From Zygnema circumcarinatum SAG 698-1b (lineage: Eukaryota; Plantae; Zygnematophyceae): a stretch of 64,000 bases of DNA. Location of the stretch: contig CM074816.1 of assembly GCA_037447605.1 (NCBI GenBank), positions 2,136,525 through 2,200,524 of the forward strand, read 5' to 3'. Within the stretch, counting starts at the first letter, position 1. Each line of letters opens with the position of its first letter. Shown in pieces: positions 31,301-45,017 of the stretch. Below the pieces are notes generated by a model. It searched no databases and was not told where the DNA came from. It was given only the letters and a program-made list of their open reading frames with translations. Position numbers and translations under genes: made by a program.

Positions 31301-34300
31301 GGTAGAACTTTACCAGGTACACTTTGCCGTAGAGGAAGAAATAAACGCACCAGGCCGTGAGCTGAGCCTCCACCCAAAGCAGCCAAAATACAGGAAAACA
31401 TGTCACCAACAGAGATTATAGAGATGGGCTGGCAGAAAGAAGTGGAAAGAAAGCAAAACCGCCCCAGGGAAGGCAAACGATACTTAAAGCATTGCATGAG
31501 CCATAGCAGATCCATGGTTTTCGACACAACCATTCGTGCTCGGCCATTATCCCCAGGAACTTCTTCCATGGCCCTGCTTGTAACAGGCTCGATGCCAGCG
31601 ATCTTCCAAAAGAGAGTGTGAGCTCACCATTGTGGAGATATAGAAGCCAACAGAGGTGAAGTAGAAGGACAACATGCGGAAGAAGTCGAACTGCTGACCG
31701 AGCCGGTACACGTCCCGGGAGAGCATCTGCTCGCCGTTGCCGCTCGCCACCTTGGCCTCGAACAGCGCGATCTGGTTTAGCCCTACGTCGCGCCCCTTGC
31801 CCACCTGCAGCGCGTTCATAATCCGCATCATCATCAGAACACGCATCATTCACTTGTCATACACCAAACTACAAACCGTAGAACATTCACCTTCCATCCT
31901 GTCTTTCTCTCCTGTTCTCTAGAAATCGTACTATCAACGGCAAAGTTAAAGGAAAGAATAATTGTAGAGCAGAAGGCCGAGCAGAGCCGTGGGCTTGCCT
32001 GGATGTACTCGTGGTGGCTGACAGCGCCCTGCCGCAGAGTGGTGCTGAAGCCTGCCCCCCCGCACCCACCACCCATCAGCTCGCGCTCACTCAAAAGCTC
32101 TGCAAAGCAGGAATGCAGCTTGATTCCGGCAGCTATGATACCTGCGAAGATATCCTCTGATATGTTGATAGTCTTTGACGCTTTGCTAATGCCACCCCTG
32201 GTGATGTGGAAGAGGCGATCGAACACGTCTGGGTGTCCGTAGTGCATGCGAACCCTGCCCAATAACCAAGCCAGCATTTCCCACACGAACATCGAAGCAA
32301 TTGTTAGTAGACGTGCTGTCAACAAACATTCAAAAGCATTCCTATGAAGGACGCAGCCCATCATGCTTCAGCAATAACAGAACGACGTGGCAAAACATTA
32401 AACTGCAACTGAAGCGCGAGTGAAGGGCCGAGTGCAATACTTGAGTGGATAGGCAAGAAAGCGCTGCCCGAGCGTGACAAAACTCATCTCCTGGTATGAC
32501 ATAAAGGAAGCCAACGAAGAAACACTGCACCCTCCACCCCCACCATTTGTTTATGGTGCTTGCCATTGGCAACTCATCCTTTCGTAAAGCGAGATGTATT
32601 TGTACCAAATACAACATTTTGTGATTGTATAGGGTGGCACTGGCCCTTTCAAGCAGCCGCTTTATCGATTCCAAGGCCTTCAAATGATTGACTCTCGACT
32701 ACTTGTCTCACTGCCAATTGCGTGTCAAACATGCAATGCAAGAAATCGAGACAGCAGCGAAACCACTCGCTCAATCGCACGCTTCGTCGTACAGCTCTAA
32801 GAAACATTCGCACATGCTCTGCTGAACACAAGGCCCACCTGCCAGTGAAAACATGCTCCCTGACTCCCAAGATTGTAGGTTTGCGGATTCCGCCCACTCC
32901 TCTGAACTCCTCCAAGAGATTCCTCATCTTCAGCGCCTCTTCCAGATAGTTATCCTGCACACTTGCAGGCAAGGCAAGGCGGGCATCTCTTTCAGCCTCG
33001 GCCGGCGGCAAGGCGCGGCACTCGGTCTGGCAGACCGGGAGGGAGGGAGGGAGGGAGGGAGGGAGGGAGGGAGGCAGCCTTAAGAGGTGGGGCCCACCTG
33101 GTTCATGTCAATCGTCTGCAGAGCATCGCCGCGCGAAAAGATGATGGCATGGTTCTGGTTTTCCGGCTTCCCTTCTCCCTGCTTCGCAGGTCCAGGAAGT
33201 TTGACTTTGAAAATTTCCTGCAGGCCCCGTCAACAAAAAGGTTGGTGAACATGGGATGTCCCAGCTTGCCACTACAATCCTCTGCAGGGATAAGCATTAG
33301 AATCGATAAAAGGCTGAACCAGTGATGTGGATAGCGAAATCTTGCGACGACCGCAGACACAGTATTTCTTGAGGAAGGAGGAGGGGTTTCACCTGCTCTT
33401 GTCCAAAATTATCCACCTTCACTAACCGGGAATAATATTCCTTTATCTTCATTCTTGTGTCGCCCTCACCCACTGTGACTTCCACCTCATCTATGTACGC
33501 TACCCTCAGAGATCCATACCTGTTAATCACGAAAGAAAAAAATGCACACAAGCATGTTATGAGAGCGGAGATAGATCGGCAGTATGAAACCCGGACGCAA
33601 TTTGCAACAGTACGGGACACTCACCCCTTCATGAGTGCAAAGATTTCTGCGGCATTGCGATCCTTTCTCTCCTTCTGTTTCCCATAAATCTGACAAGTCA
33701 CCACATAAGTAAACTTCAGGTCCGCCAATGCCTCGGTTCGCGCGTTTCGGAACGCATTGCGATCTTCCTCCATGCTTGTCCTTGGAGATCCATATTCCAC
33801 ATCTGCTCAGCAGGGAGATACAACGACAAGCTCTAAGCCACATAAAACAAGTAATAACTGTCATGATCACCTTTTTTCCCGCTCACACGAAATGAAAAGC
33901 ACAGATAAACTGCAAGACTTTGCGGCTGTCTCCCAGCAATCTGCTCGCCTTCCTTCCGTTCCATGGACGCATGGGACCAACACATTCGAACATTCTGAAT
34001 ACCGCACACACGCGCATGGATCATCATTTCTCAGGAGAACAGAAGTTACCTGACGTTTTCCCCTCTTCTATGTACGCCAACAGCTGGAGAGCGCGATGGT
34101 AATATGTCATGCCACGCACTGCCAACCCCCCCAGAAAGCTGCTTTTGAATCAATACTTCAAGCTGCAGTAAGCGAACGGAGAATTCAAGGAGTTAATGGA
34201 AGTCCATGCTGACTACAAGACACCCCGCCGCACGTGCTGCCGCGGCAGCAGCCAATGAGAGACGGGCACCTGTCCTCGCGAGGGTCTGCCCGCGGAAGGA

Positions 34301-37300
34301 CGCCCACATGCGCAGGTCCACCAGGTCCTCCTCCTCCCTCCGCATCTTGGATTCCAGTTCCGCCTGCTTGCACCCGATGCGCTCCAAGAAATTTGCCCAC
34401 TCATCTGCAAAAACATGCACATGGATTGTACACGAGGATGACATATTGGAGGTCGAAATTGCACAAAAACAAGGAAGTGATGAAGCAGCATTCAAGAGAG
34501 AAACTGGAAGGCTTCCCCCACCAGGAAAGATCTTTTGCAGATAAAAAAGGATGGAAACGCCATCCTCGTTTTCTGCGCTCAGCTCCTTCATAGAATATGC
34601 CACAATCTCTTCATAGTACGGTGTCATAACGCTGCATAGCACAAACCAAACACTTTAGTGGAAATCTACTTCAAAGCTTGCGAGCCTTCCAAACGCGCGC
34701 CTCCCCCGATCGCAGCGCATGTCTTGCCCCACATGCATGCCACATGCATGCTGAAGGAGAAAACGGCTCACCAGAAGGGCAGCATGCGCTTGACGGGCGG
34801 CGCCTCCGGCATCTTCATGAAGAGCGAGTTCGTGAAAAATTCCAACCGCCGCCGAGCCTCGAGGTTGACAGGCACATCCAACGCCGAGTCCTTCACGGTC
34901 AGAAGCAGATGCAGCCGCTTGGCCTGCCCATCAAACATCCCATCCATCATGTTACGCTGTACTTCAAGCCACACTGCACTTGCAGTTCAAGTGTCTGCAC
35001 ACCGCTGCAGTCGAGTCAGTCGAGTCACTTGCAGTCGAGTTGACCCTAAGGAACTTGCAGTGCTGCAGGCCTATGTCTGCAGATGAAGAATGCAATACTT
35101 CAGCGTTTCTAAGTTTTATCAGGCTCCAATGAACGCCCTCCAGGTCTTGGCTTGATATTGAAGCAAATGAACTGACAAAAAGATCAGCAAATGCTTTACA
35201 AAAATGCGGAAACCTCATAGGATTACTACTTGAGACAGTGCAGGCTCACCGCGCCTGCATCTGTGGGCCATCGGATGGAAGAAAACAGCTGTGGACGGGT
35301 CTTGGCCTCTTGCATCAGAACACTGCTCTCCAGCTTCAGCCTGCGAGGCAGGATATCGCCCGACGGAAATAGGATGGAATGCGGTTAAGGACGAAACATG
35401 GTTCTTTCTGCTATTTCTCAAAATACATGGGATCGATAGGAAAGGGCTAAAAGGCTCCTTGAAATCTGAGGGCAGAATGACCAGTGAGCTGCAGCGGACA
35501 CTCCAAGGGTCGGATGAGGACCTGGTGTCCTCAGAGAGCAAGTCTCGGACGGCAGACTCGTAGAGATCTTGAAGGGCTTTCACCGCTTTCAGATTGCTAC
35601 TGTCATCCTGCCTTTGTACCTGAGACAAAAAACCCATCACAACATTCTCACAGATATGTCGCTCTTTCCTCAGCTCAGGTGGAACATCTAAAAATGGGGA
35701 CAAAGTGCAGCGTCTAGCTGCAGAGCTCAACAAAGAATTAGTAGGAAAGCTGCAGGAGGAGGCTGACCAGAATTGCAGTGAGGGCTGACAGCTTATTATG
35801 CACGGTCGGCAGGTTCTTCAAACGGAAGCTGGTCGCAAAACATTGGTCTCCGATGGCTGTTCCAATATCCGTAAATACTTCATGAATCACCCTGCGTCAC
35901 ATCCGCACCAAGCCATCAAGAAGCAAGCGTCAAATGGACAAATGCACAAGGTTAGCTGTGAGCGTTGTGTACTTCAAAACAAGGAACGAAGTGCTTCGTG
36001 ATTGAAGGAAGACCCTTTTTGCACCTTTGTTCGAAGGTCGGTCCACGACTAGAGTCTGCCACAAGATCCAAAAGAAACTTCTCCAACGTCTCATACAGCT
36101 CTGCCGCAGCACTTCGCATGTACTCGTCCTCGCAAACCTTCTTCCACAACTCGCCGTCTCCGCTCTTGTGTGCGACCGCGAGACCCATCGCGAGGAAGAT
36201 CTGCACCCAGACTCCCTTCAAACTCCCGCTCAAACCCACAAAAAAAAGTTCCGGGTTGGGTACCCCCCTGGTTGCTAGCTTCCACAGGCATGCATGGAAA
36301 AGGGCAACCTCACTCCGATAAAGTGGAAAGCCGGCCTCACCTGATTGGCTAGCAGAAAGAGGGGCCATTGCACCAACTGGCTCTCTCCAGAGTTGGACGG
36401 CATCAGCAGCAGGTCCACCTCCCTGCAAACCACCGGCACTTCAAAAGGTCACTCACAACCACAACCCCATCGACCAGTCTGCAAGCACGTTCCTTCCAGA
36501 TGCTGCTCATTACTTCCAAATTCCCAACAGAGTGAAAGAATGGCCATTTACACACCATCATCATGCATTTCTATCCCAACAAGGACTTCTTGAGAACGTG
36601 ATGGAAAGAAAAGGCTACGGTTCAATGAGATGAAGACATCAAAAGGTGACAATGTAGCAATTGCCGAGTGCGAGAGACAAGAGGGCGACATGACGCACTT
36701 GTTGCTGAGGTAGTCCTCCTCGCGCAGAGTGCGGATGATCTCGTTCCACGCCATGGCGAAGCGCCGCGCATTCTTCCGCCCACCCGCCTGCCATCGCACA
36801 ACGCACCGCTACCTCATAAACGTCACAGCTTTTGACGTCTTTAGTTTTGACAGCCCATTACACTACCTTGAAAGTTCGTTCATGAACATAAGCGACCAAG
36901 TCTGTACAGAGGCAGGCAACGCAGCCCCAACAAATTCCTTCTGGAATACCTCCGGTGGATTGTCTCCACTCACCTCAAAGGCTGAACCGAAGGACCTGGT
37001 GGTGGAGCTGCAAACAAAGGCGTCAAGCAGGCTGCCATCTCAGAATGCCATAATGGCTCAAGACTCTGAGAGTTTCTAACCACTCTTGACAGACAAGTTA
37101 CATCCGAGGGCGTCAAATGTTGAAATCATTTCAACACGAGAGGCACGTTTCAGCTCTTTCTTGAAATGCAGAACAAAAATCAAATAGTTTAACGGAAGCT
37201 GAGAAAGTTCATTCAAAAAACACTAACCCCGTACTTGCTCTCGACGAACTTCCATGTCCTGTAAAATACTTGCACCCGACTCTCACTACAATTGGCACAC

Positions 37301-40300
37301 AGCAAGATGAGTGTGCGGAAGACCCAGTCTGCCATACTGCGTCTTTTCGAAGGAGGTGAGAGGCTGCAGGTTGCGTGCGAACGCCTCCGGGAAGCTGCGA
37401 AAGCGCGCGCGAAGCATCCCCAGCGACCGGATCTGCCAACAGATCCGAGATCAGATTAGATTAAATGAGAGATGAGATTAGATTTGAGATGCTCCATCTG
37501 TCAACAGATGCAACTTTGAGCCTTTCTGGTGGGTCTTTCGGGCCGCATGGGACCGGTCAGGCAGCCCTGCCGGCGGTAAAGGGGAGGGAGGGGCCCACCT
37601 CTCCCAGATGCCACCAGGCCCCGATCACTCCCCCGCCAATGGCCGACAGCACCGTGTACCTGCACAAACTTCTCGTACTGGGCTCAACCACTGTCTGCCA
37701 AAATGAATCCGGTGGACATGTTTTCCTTTTGACAAGCTCAAGAAGGTTGTATCTACAGCTCCATTTTCGGTCGTCACAATGAATTTGGGGAAAACAGTAG
37801 GCAAGCTTGCAGCAAGCAAAGCAGCTTCGAGTTGGAAAGGAAGTTCACCAAATTTGAATGTCGAGCATATAGATCTGAAGGCCGAAGAGAAACCCCATGA
37901 TCAAAGAACCACCCGCCAACCCGCGTAAGTCAAGGCTGCTGTGTGAACAACTCACAAAGCGTTTGCATCATTTTCGAAGGATCTCGACGCAACAAAAGGA
38001 CACGCTCAGAAACCAAAATGAGGCAATGTACGGAGACTCTTTTGAAGACCCAGCATTACAGCCTTCCTTGCAGTGCACATCATGAAACACAGACTAAAAC
38101 CGCTTACTGTCATGACAGGTAGCCAGAGAGACGCAACAGTCAGCGCATTATGATTTCCTGCAGAAACACAAGGAGAAAACACAGATTGCCAAGTATAAAT
38201 TATTCAACCGCGGTACAGAACCACGAATACCAGAAAACTGCACGGTGAATGCAGAGAGAAATTAAAGAGGAAGGTACGAAAGAGCAAAGTGATCGCGATT
38301 GGTTGGCGGGCCCACCTCCCGAGACGAGGTCCCGCCATTGGTAGTTGATCTTCGCGAAGTTCACGACGTAGGACGTGGGGGTCACCAGCGGCCGCACCTG
38401 CATGCAATGCTCACTGCTCAACTTCCGCTGAAAATCCCTCAAAGAACGAGGGAGGCTACATACTTTTGTGAAGTCTAACGAGTTTGCATACCTGATAGTA
38501 ATAGCTGAATAGGAACTTGCAAACGAGTACAAGAAACCAGAAAGTCGAGTAACTGCACAGTTCGACCATCCCAGAGAGCTGCCTTGAGTTCTAACTATGG
38601 AAAAGCCAAATTATGAAGGCAACCAAGGCCACCAGCTTCTTTCCTTTCTCGCCATTTCACAAACTCTGAGCACTGCCTTAAGTGTTGCACACAGTAGACG
38701 TGCATAAGAAACACAGAACAAAACAAACAAACACATAAGGGAAGAACCTTTCTTGATTTCATGCAAGCACCCTGACATGAGATGAGAAAGCCAGAAAGCA
38801 GCGAGGGGGGAGTACTGACAGGACTGTGGAAAGCGTGCTTTCGTACATGCCCCTACCGACATACAAATCTTCCTGCACGACAACCCAGTTGGTGAATGGT
38901 TGTTTGTTCACTGCAACAAACCTCTGAATTTTTTCAAGCACTCCCTCACCACTCTCTGAGCATTTACGAAAGTCCATTCATGCTGGAGGTTTTTCCTTGC
39001 AGTTTCGAGACCAGGCACATTGGGCTGACTGCTGCAAATCATTCTTTACATCAGACATTGGACCATGTCAGTCTAATCTATGGTATCTCTCTCTGTACAT
39101 TTGAAACATCGTAAGATCCCATTCTACAAGTCTGAAACTGACTCAGCATGCAACCGAGTCTAAGCCTTCAGCCTTCGAGAAATTCGCAAAGAGCACAGAC
39201 AGTGTCCCTGACCCGGCTTGTTCTGCACGTGCAGGACATCACACCGATGCGCAAAGTAACGGAGCAAAGTAAGACACCAACGGACCAAGAGGCATACCTG
39301 GTAAAACCAGTTGAGGATTCTGAAAAACATCCAGTGGTCCACTTTATCTGTCTGCATACGGAGGCCGGCACAACGCCGGAACAAATTAATGATGACCCGC
39401 GGGACTGTGAAAGCAGCGAGGAGCACCGCGTACAGGCTCAGAAAGGGCCTCGACGAGTTGCCATACTCCTCCAGCATTTTGCTGACCCCCAAACCGCCCC
39501 CCAAACACGCGAAAACGACTTTCCTCAGCCCCCAGAAGCTCTGCATTCTCCACAACGACTGTCCGACAGCGGTGGCGAGCATAAGGAGTGCAATTGCTGC
39601 TTCGCCCCAAGCAAGGACAAGGGCAATGTCCGGCCGCTTTGGGTGGCTTACATGCATGTGTAGGTGAGCACGAGCGCCCACGTGGCGGCCAGCAAGAGGC
39701 GCAGCGCTTTGCGCAGGACGGCGGTCGGATGCATGCTGCGGTATGCGCCGACGGCCATCATCATGTCCGTACAGGCTACACTCCAACCCGTCCCCAATGC
39801 ACAGGGGGAACGTCAGAAACTGGAAGCGACTATCCAGGGCCGAAGGGAAGGCCAAGCCAATTCTCTGGCAATGAAGCAGAAGAAGACTACTCAATACTGT
39901 AGATACATCAATACCGGCCATGGCAACTCACCGCTTAAACACTGCATGATGGAAATAGTTGGAAAAATGGTGAGGACTTTCTCCAAAGTGTACAGGCTGT
40001 TGGATCCGCTAAAAGCGAGGATCACCATGGCCTGCGACCCACCAGACTTCGCCATTAACAACATTCTGGCCCACTCCTTGCGTGCAACTCTACTGAGACA
40101 CATGCCGACAAATGCAAGGAAAGTAGAACTGTGTCTAGAAACCGATTAGAACATGGCAATTTTTGAACAAAATGTTTCGTTGAGTAATTAAGGTTACTTG
40201 CTTAAGTCAAGTTATCCAAAATTAACCAGAATGAACAACAGTCAACTGGACGAAGTCATGAACATATCATTATGTACAAAAAAGGAATCCATGCGTTACA

Positions 40301-43300
40301 AGATAAATCACCTGCAACATAACAATCAAGAAAATCCACAGGCGATCAAAGCTGTGAAATATGTGCCAAAATGTTCGCCATTCCACAAAATTTGTCTTGC
40401 TCAAGCGGCGAGCTCGGTTGGTCGGAGGTTGACGCAATCTCGCAAAGGCCATTGGACCGTTGGAGGAAGGGGCCGCATCGTGAGATGAGCCGCTTTCCTG
40501 CCAGTTCGTGCACCCCAACCCGGGACTGGTCAGCTTCTACCACCGCCAACCAGCTGCAGATTCGGCAAACGTGTGAAGAGGAATCGTTTTGAAAGCATCA
40601 TCGCTCTTTCTAACGACTCGATCTACAGAAAGTCAGAAAAGCAGGACTTTGTGCTTTGTGAGGATTCAACGTGCTAGGCGTAGAAAACATGTCTTCAGCA
40701 ATTTACCAGCTTCCACTCAGTGCCAACCTAGAGGAGACTGAACTACCGCCGAATGAGCTCTCTGTTCCGAACTAGAGGACGAGAGTTTGCCAACTCTATC
40801 GAGAACCTACGTCAGCTGTTTCCCTTGGCAATCTCAACCGGTTGACAAACTAGACCACATGGTTCAGTCATTCCAGCCATCGTGTCTGCATGATCCATGA
40901 AAACCTAAGCCTCTGGAAGTCATGCAACATTCACCAGTGGAGTAGTGAAGAAGGCGTTGTGGAAATCTATGGGCCAGTTCAGCTCAAAACACCGATTAGA
41001 CCTGGTCAAAAGAAGAAACAACACAGCCCCAACGTCATTATCTCCTTCAGGAGGTCGAGGCTACCCCTGCTTCGACAGAATCGTAATTCAATCAAGTGAT
41101 GGTGCTTTGCACTTAACCAGAAATATTCGTTGAGATCGTCGTATGTCCTCCACGCTTGATGGCCCTTGGCCACCGTGCCGTGCCCCGCATAGTCCGCTTC
41201 CTGTCCAGCACAGCCGCAGAGAATCTCCATGAAGTAAAAACCTGCCGAAGGTCCACCGACAAGAATGAACGCAGGCGCAGCTTTCACAGAAAATCGCTCC
41301 AAGACTGACAACTTCATCGTCTCCAAGCTATCCGATGACTAGCCACTTTTTTGAAATCGCAGGATAAACTTTATGGGACTTGATATCCGAGAAAGGCTGC
41401 AGACTAGTCCGGCAACACACTCGCGGAACGCAACTGCGTCTTAGACTTCACATTCAGCCGCAACCGAAGCCGACTTTAATGATTTAACCAAGTGCCGAGT
41501 ATCCGATTACAGCGACGGTCGGCCTCGTCTACCCTTCATGTTCTCCCGGCCAGTTTTCAAACAACAACAGTAGACACAGCAAAACAAAACGAAAAACCAA
41601 ACCCACAGTCCCATTTTATGGCTAGGTTTGGGTGAGGACCTGCTTGATAACTTGATAAATGGGAGAAATAACGTTCTCAAGAAAAGCATACGGCCCTGGC
41701 TGAAGCTCCGATGCAGATCCGACAGCGATCGCGGCACTGCGCGTCGCAGTTTGCTTTTTCAAGATAGCGGACAGCTCTTCTGCCATCTGCTTTCCCGAAC
41801 AAACCCACACACAGGCGAGCATCGAATGGATACAAGTATTGTACCGAAATCCCAAAAAGAACTGGCCTGATGGCGTTTAGCAGCCATCTGCGACTCATAG
41901 TTGTTGTAGTTGTAATAATCATGCCTATGCATCACTTCATACCACTGCATACATTATGAAAGCGACGGTGGCTTGATCTTTCTTAAAAAGCTTTCTCACA
42001 GACACCGTAAGCATTCGTAAGCATTTCCATTGATGGATGCAGTGTGCGGCGCAGCACCCACCCGGTGGAAGAGGTAGCAGAGGCACTCCGGCAGGAAGCG
42101 CACGTTGGCGGCCTCCCCCCAAATGAGAAGGAACAGCGCGGCCTGCACCAGCTTCGGTATCTCCCCTTGCCCACTGCCCCCCTCCCCCCCGGCCGATCAA
42201 CGCCGGTCAACGCCGGTCAGCGCCGGTCAGCGCCAGCCCCCCCCCCTGGGGGGGACCGACTGGCAAGCGGAGGAACTGAACTGCAGTCGGCCGACGTACC
42301 TCGCATAGGTCCGATCAGCATGCACATAATCCGCCCATCGAGAAAAATTGTCCAACACCTTTTTGTACAGCTCGTCCACTGCCAGAGGCATTTTCTGCAG
42401 AAATTCCCCGAGCGCGCCCTCTCAGAAAAAAAACCCTTGAATCGAAACCACAAGGATGCTGAAGTAGTAGTTGCCTCAGGCGCATCACAGCAGTCGAAGT
42501 ACTTGTTTCACAAAAAGAAAAATAAAAAAGCAATCATTTGTAGTTAGCATGCCTGTAATCGATGCTGTTTTCTAATTTGCTCCAAATTCACAACCACTGC
42601 CAGCCTTTCCCAAGAGAAGCGGGGCGTGGGGGAGGCCGCACAATACACGAGCGACTCACATCTACGTTTGGAGGGACTATCAACCGAGTTTGAGTATTGG
42701 CTAGTAGCAGCACCACGTGCTCCCTTTGGTTGGCAACGTTGTCTTCCTGCGATGTCGCAACAACTTTCAAATCATTAAAAACAGGATAGATCACATACAG
42801 AAAAAAAATATCACTACAAAAGTAAGCGACTTCAGGAACGGCCTACACTATCAAGCGTTGAAGAAAATGCATTCCCTGCGCACAGGGGAGGACGAGGTTG
42901 GCTTCAGCGAGCACCTGAAATCCGAACACAAACTGCAAAAGTTCAAACACATCCGAAAACTGTGCACCGCTTTCTTTCCGCGGTAGTCCGGCTGTGCGGC
43001 CTATGTAGTCGATGGCAGTCCCAACCTGCGCAAAACACACTTTGCTTCAGAAGGATTTATTGAGACACTTCAGGTGACTGCAGGAGAACTCCTGGTCTGC
43101 ATTTCTAATTGTCAGACAGCAGCAATGCTCACGTGAACATAAAGAGCTGAATACACGCATGGTGCTAACCTCTTGTATCTCCAGAATTGGCGCTTCAGCA
43201 CCTGGAATATTCACAGGTACTATGTTGTACTTTTCCTTCTCAAGTTCGCGGGTCTTGGCAGCTGTCGCTTCAATTTGCTCAGTCAACTGCGCAAACGACC

Positions 43301-44613
43301 ATGCTCGTATGAAAATTGCCGCTTCTGGCAACACACCAGATTCCAACCCGCCACACCACACCCCATGCCTCTCGACTCCTTGCTCCTCCAGCAGCAAGGA
43401 CGAGCAGCCAACACATGTGACGTGCTAAAAACAGAGAGATGGGGTGACGGAGAGAAACGAAGGGGCACGCACCTCTTCAGGGACTTGTGCCGGTGTTCTC
43501 TCCTTAATCTCCTGCAGGACTTTGGCAAGAACTCGTGCTGTTTTCCAAGCTCTGCCAAGCTTTTCTCTGCCCAGCCACCGAAACTCCTTTTATTTGCGAC
43601 GTGCTTTTGGTAAGATAGCAAGAATAAATTCCCGAACGCTAGAAAGGGGTGGAAGAATTGCCAAACAGCTACCTGTTGTTATCCGGATCTTCTTCCAGTT
43701 TTTTTATGTGCTCTTTATAATGCTCAAAGAAATCCTGAATGGCCCTGACATCTGAAGACGGATCGGAGTGCTGGGTCCTCCGCATGCGTCGGCCCTGCAA
43801 GCTTTCACCGAACGATTAACATCAGTCGAGTAGCTGTTTGGCAAATTTTAGGCTCGGATTAGTCGCAAAAAATCTGTGGCCACCCAAATAATTTTCAGCA
43901 CTGGACCTCCTTTTTTATGCTATTAAAAATGGTGCCTCACATACTGCGGCAGTATTCAGTATGCCAGACTCCGTCCATACACGAATTGTAGAAGAAAGCC
44001 AAGATGACAAGCAATGCGTTGCCAGTATGAGTAATGAGTATGTCGCCCGCTACAAAAAAAGATAACCAGGCGCGGTTGCGAGTGAATGCAAACCACATTG
44101 GTTTCCCACTTTACTGCACAAAAATTCCTACCTTGAGAAGGCTATGAAGAGACGTTTTAAACTGCAGTACTCCGCGGCCGTCGGAGTTGGGGTCAAGCTG
44201 CATGGCTTGGTTGTACGCGAAGGTTGTCACTGCATTGCATTCAGAAATCCCGACTTAAAAAATCGAAACAAAAATATTGTAATGATAATGCGCATTTTAC
44301 CATGTTTATCAATGCCTCGCTCCAGGCATTTTGAAAAACGAACAATTAGTTACGTACGTATTCCAGCGACGGCAGAACCCTTCATGCTCTCCACCTCACT
44401 AGCCGCTGTGAGCGTTTCTCCAATGTCCGAGTTGTGGTCCAGCGCGGCCGGCAGCAGCCACGGGTCGTCCACGCGGCTGGCCGGCTCCAGCGAGCGCGCG
44501 GGCGCGGGCCGCGCCTCGCGGTCCTCCCTCTGCGCCTGCAACGCCGCGAGCAGGAGCCGCTCCCATGACCGCACCGCGGCGCTGCTGCTGCTGCTGCCGC
44601 TGACGGACTCCAT
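28314..44613 (-). CDS. CALS: Callose synthase (1,3-beta-glucan synthase, GT48), GSL8/GSL10 (CalS9/10)-type, many exons
   Basis: Exon 1 44613-44358 ([10 protein letters not shown]...[12 protein letters not shown]), followed by [26 protein letters not shown]|..[24 protein letters not shown]-like, [129 protein letters not shown]. It ends [21 protein letters not shown] (stop 28314-28316). The N- and C-terminal signatures fit the GSL8/10 clade. Confidence 0.95.
33037..33074. repeat. (GGGA)n microsatellite in a callose synthase intron
   Basis: About 9 copies of GGGA. Confidence 0.9.
42201..42255. repeat. 10-bp tandem repeat (CGCCGGTCAR)x3 followed by a C-run/G-run hairpin, intronic
   Basis: cgccggtcaa cgccggtcag cgccggtcag, then C10-T-G8. 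Confidence 0.75.
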
Positions 44614-44615
44614 GG

Positions 44616-44727
44616 CTCCCCTCCCCTCCCCTCCCCTCCCCTCCCCTCCCCTCCCCTTCCCTCCCCTCCCTCCCCTCCCTCCCCNNNNNNNNNNCCCTCC
44701 CTCCCCTCCCTCCCCTCCCTCCCCTCC
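44616..44727. repeat. (CCCT/CCCCT)n polypyrimidine tract (G-rich on the transcribed strand of the minus-strand callose synthase 5' leader)
   Basis: Low-complexity tract abutting the ATG at 44613, interrupted by the N gap. Confidence 0.9.
44685..44694. other. Assembly gap (10 N) inside a (CCCT)n tract
   Basis: Run of N at 44685-44694, flanked on both sides by CCCT/CCCCT repeats. Confidence 0.99.
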
Positions 44728-44830
44728 TCCGCGGCCTCCCCACTCTCGCTCCCTCTCTCGCCCCCTCTGATTGAGCGCGCACGGGCGCCAACTGGCGGAG
44801 GGAGGCGCTAGGTCAACGCCGCCTCCTGCC

Positions 44831-44850
44831 GTACGGTACGGTACTGTACG
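44831..44850. promoter_or_regulatory. Tandem GTAC array with 5-bp period (SBP/SPL-type core motif)
   Basis: GTACG GTACG GTACT GTACG. GTAC is the established core bound by SBP-domain factors; function here is inferred. Confidence 0.45.
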
Positions 44851-44915
44851 GTGCCGCGTTGACTTGCGCGTTGGACCGACCGCGCCGCTTCCGCGCTCCC
44901 GCGCTCGCTCCTCTC

Positions 44916-45010
44916 AGGGAGAGGGAGGGAGAGGGAGAGGGAGAGGGAGAGGGAGAGGGAGAGGGAGAGGGAGAGTGAGGGAGAGGGAGAGTGAGGGAGA
45001 GAGAGGGAAG
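44916..45010. repeat. (GAGGGA)n polypurine microsatellite upstream of the plus-strand callose synthase ATG
   Basis: gagagggagggagagggagaggg..., ending a few nt before the ATG at 45018. Confidence 0.9.
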
Positions 45011-45017
45011 GGCAGCC

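Larger units (their letters stand above)
44614..45017. promoter_or_regulatory. Putative bidirectional promoter between the two callose synthases
   Basis: Divergent ATGs at 44613 (-) and 45018 (+), both in a GCCATGG context; central GTAC array; an assembly gap lies within the interval. Confidence 0.6.
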
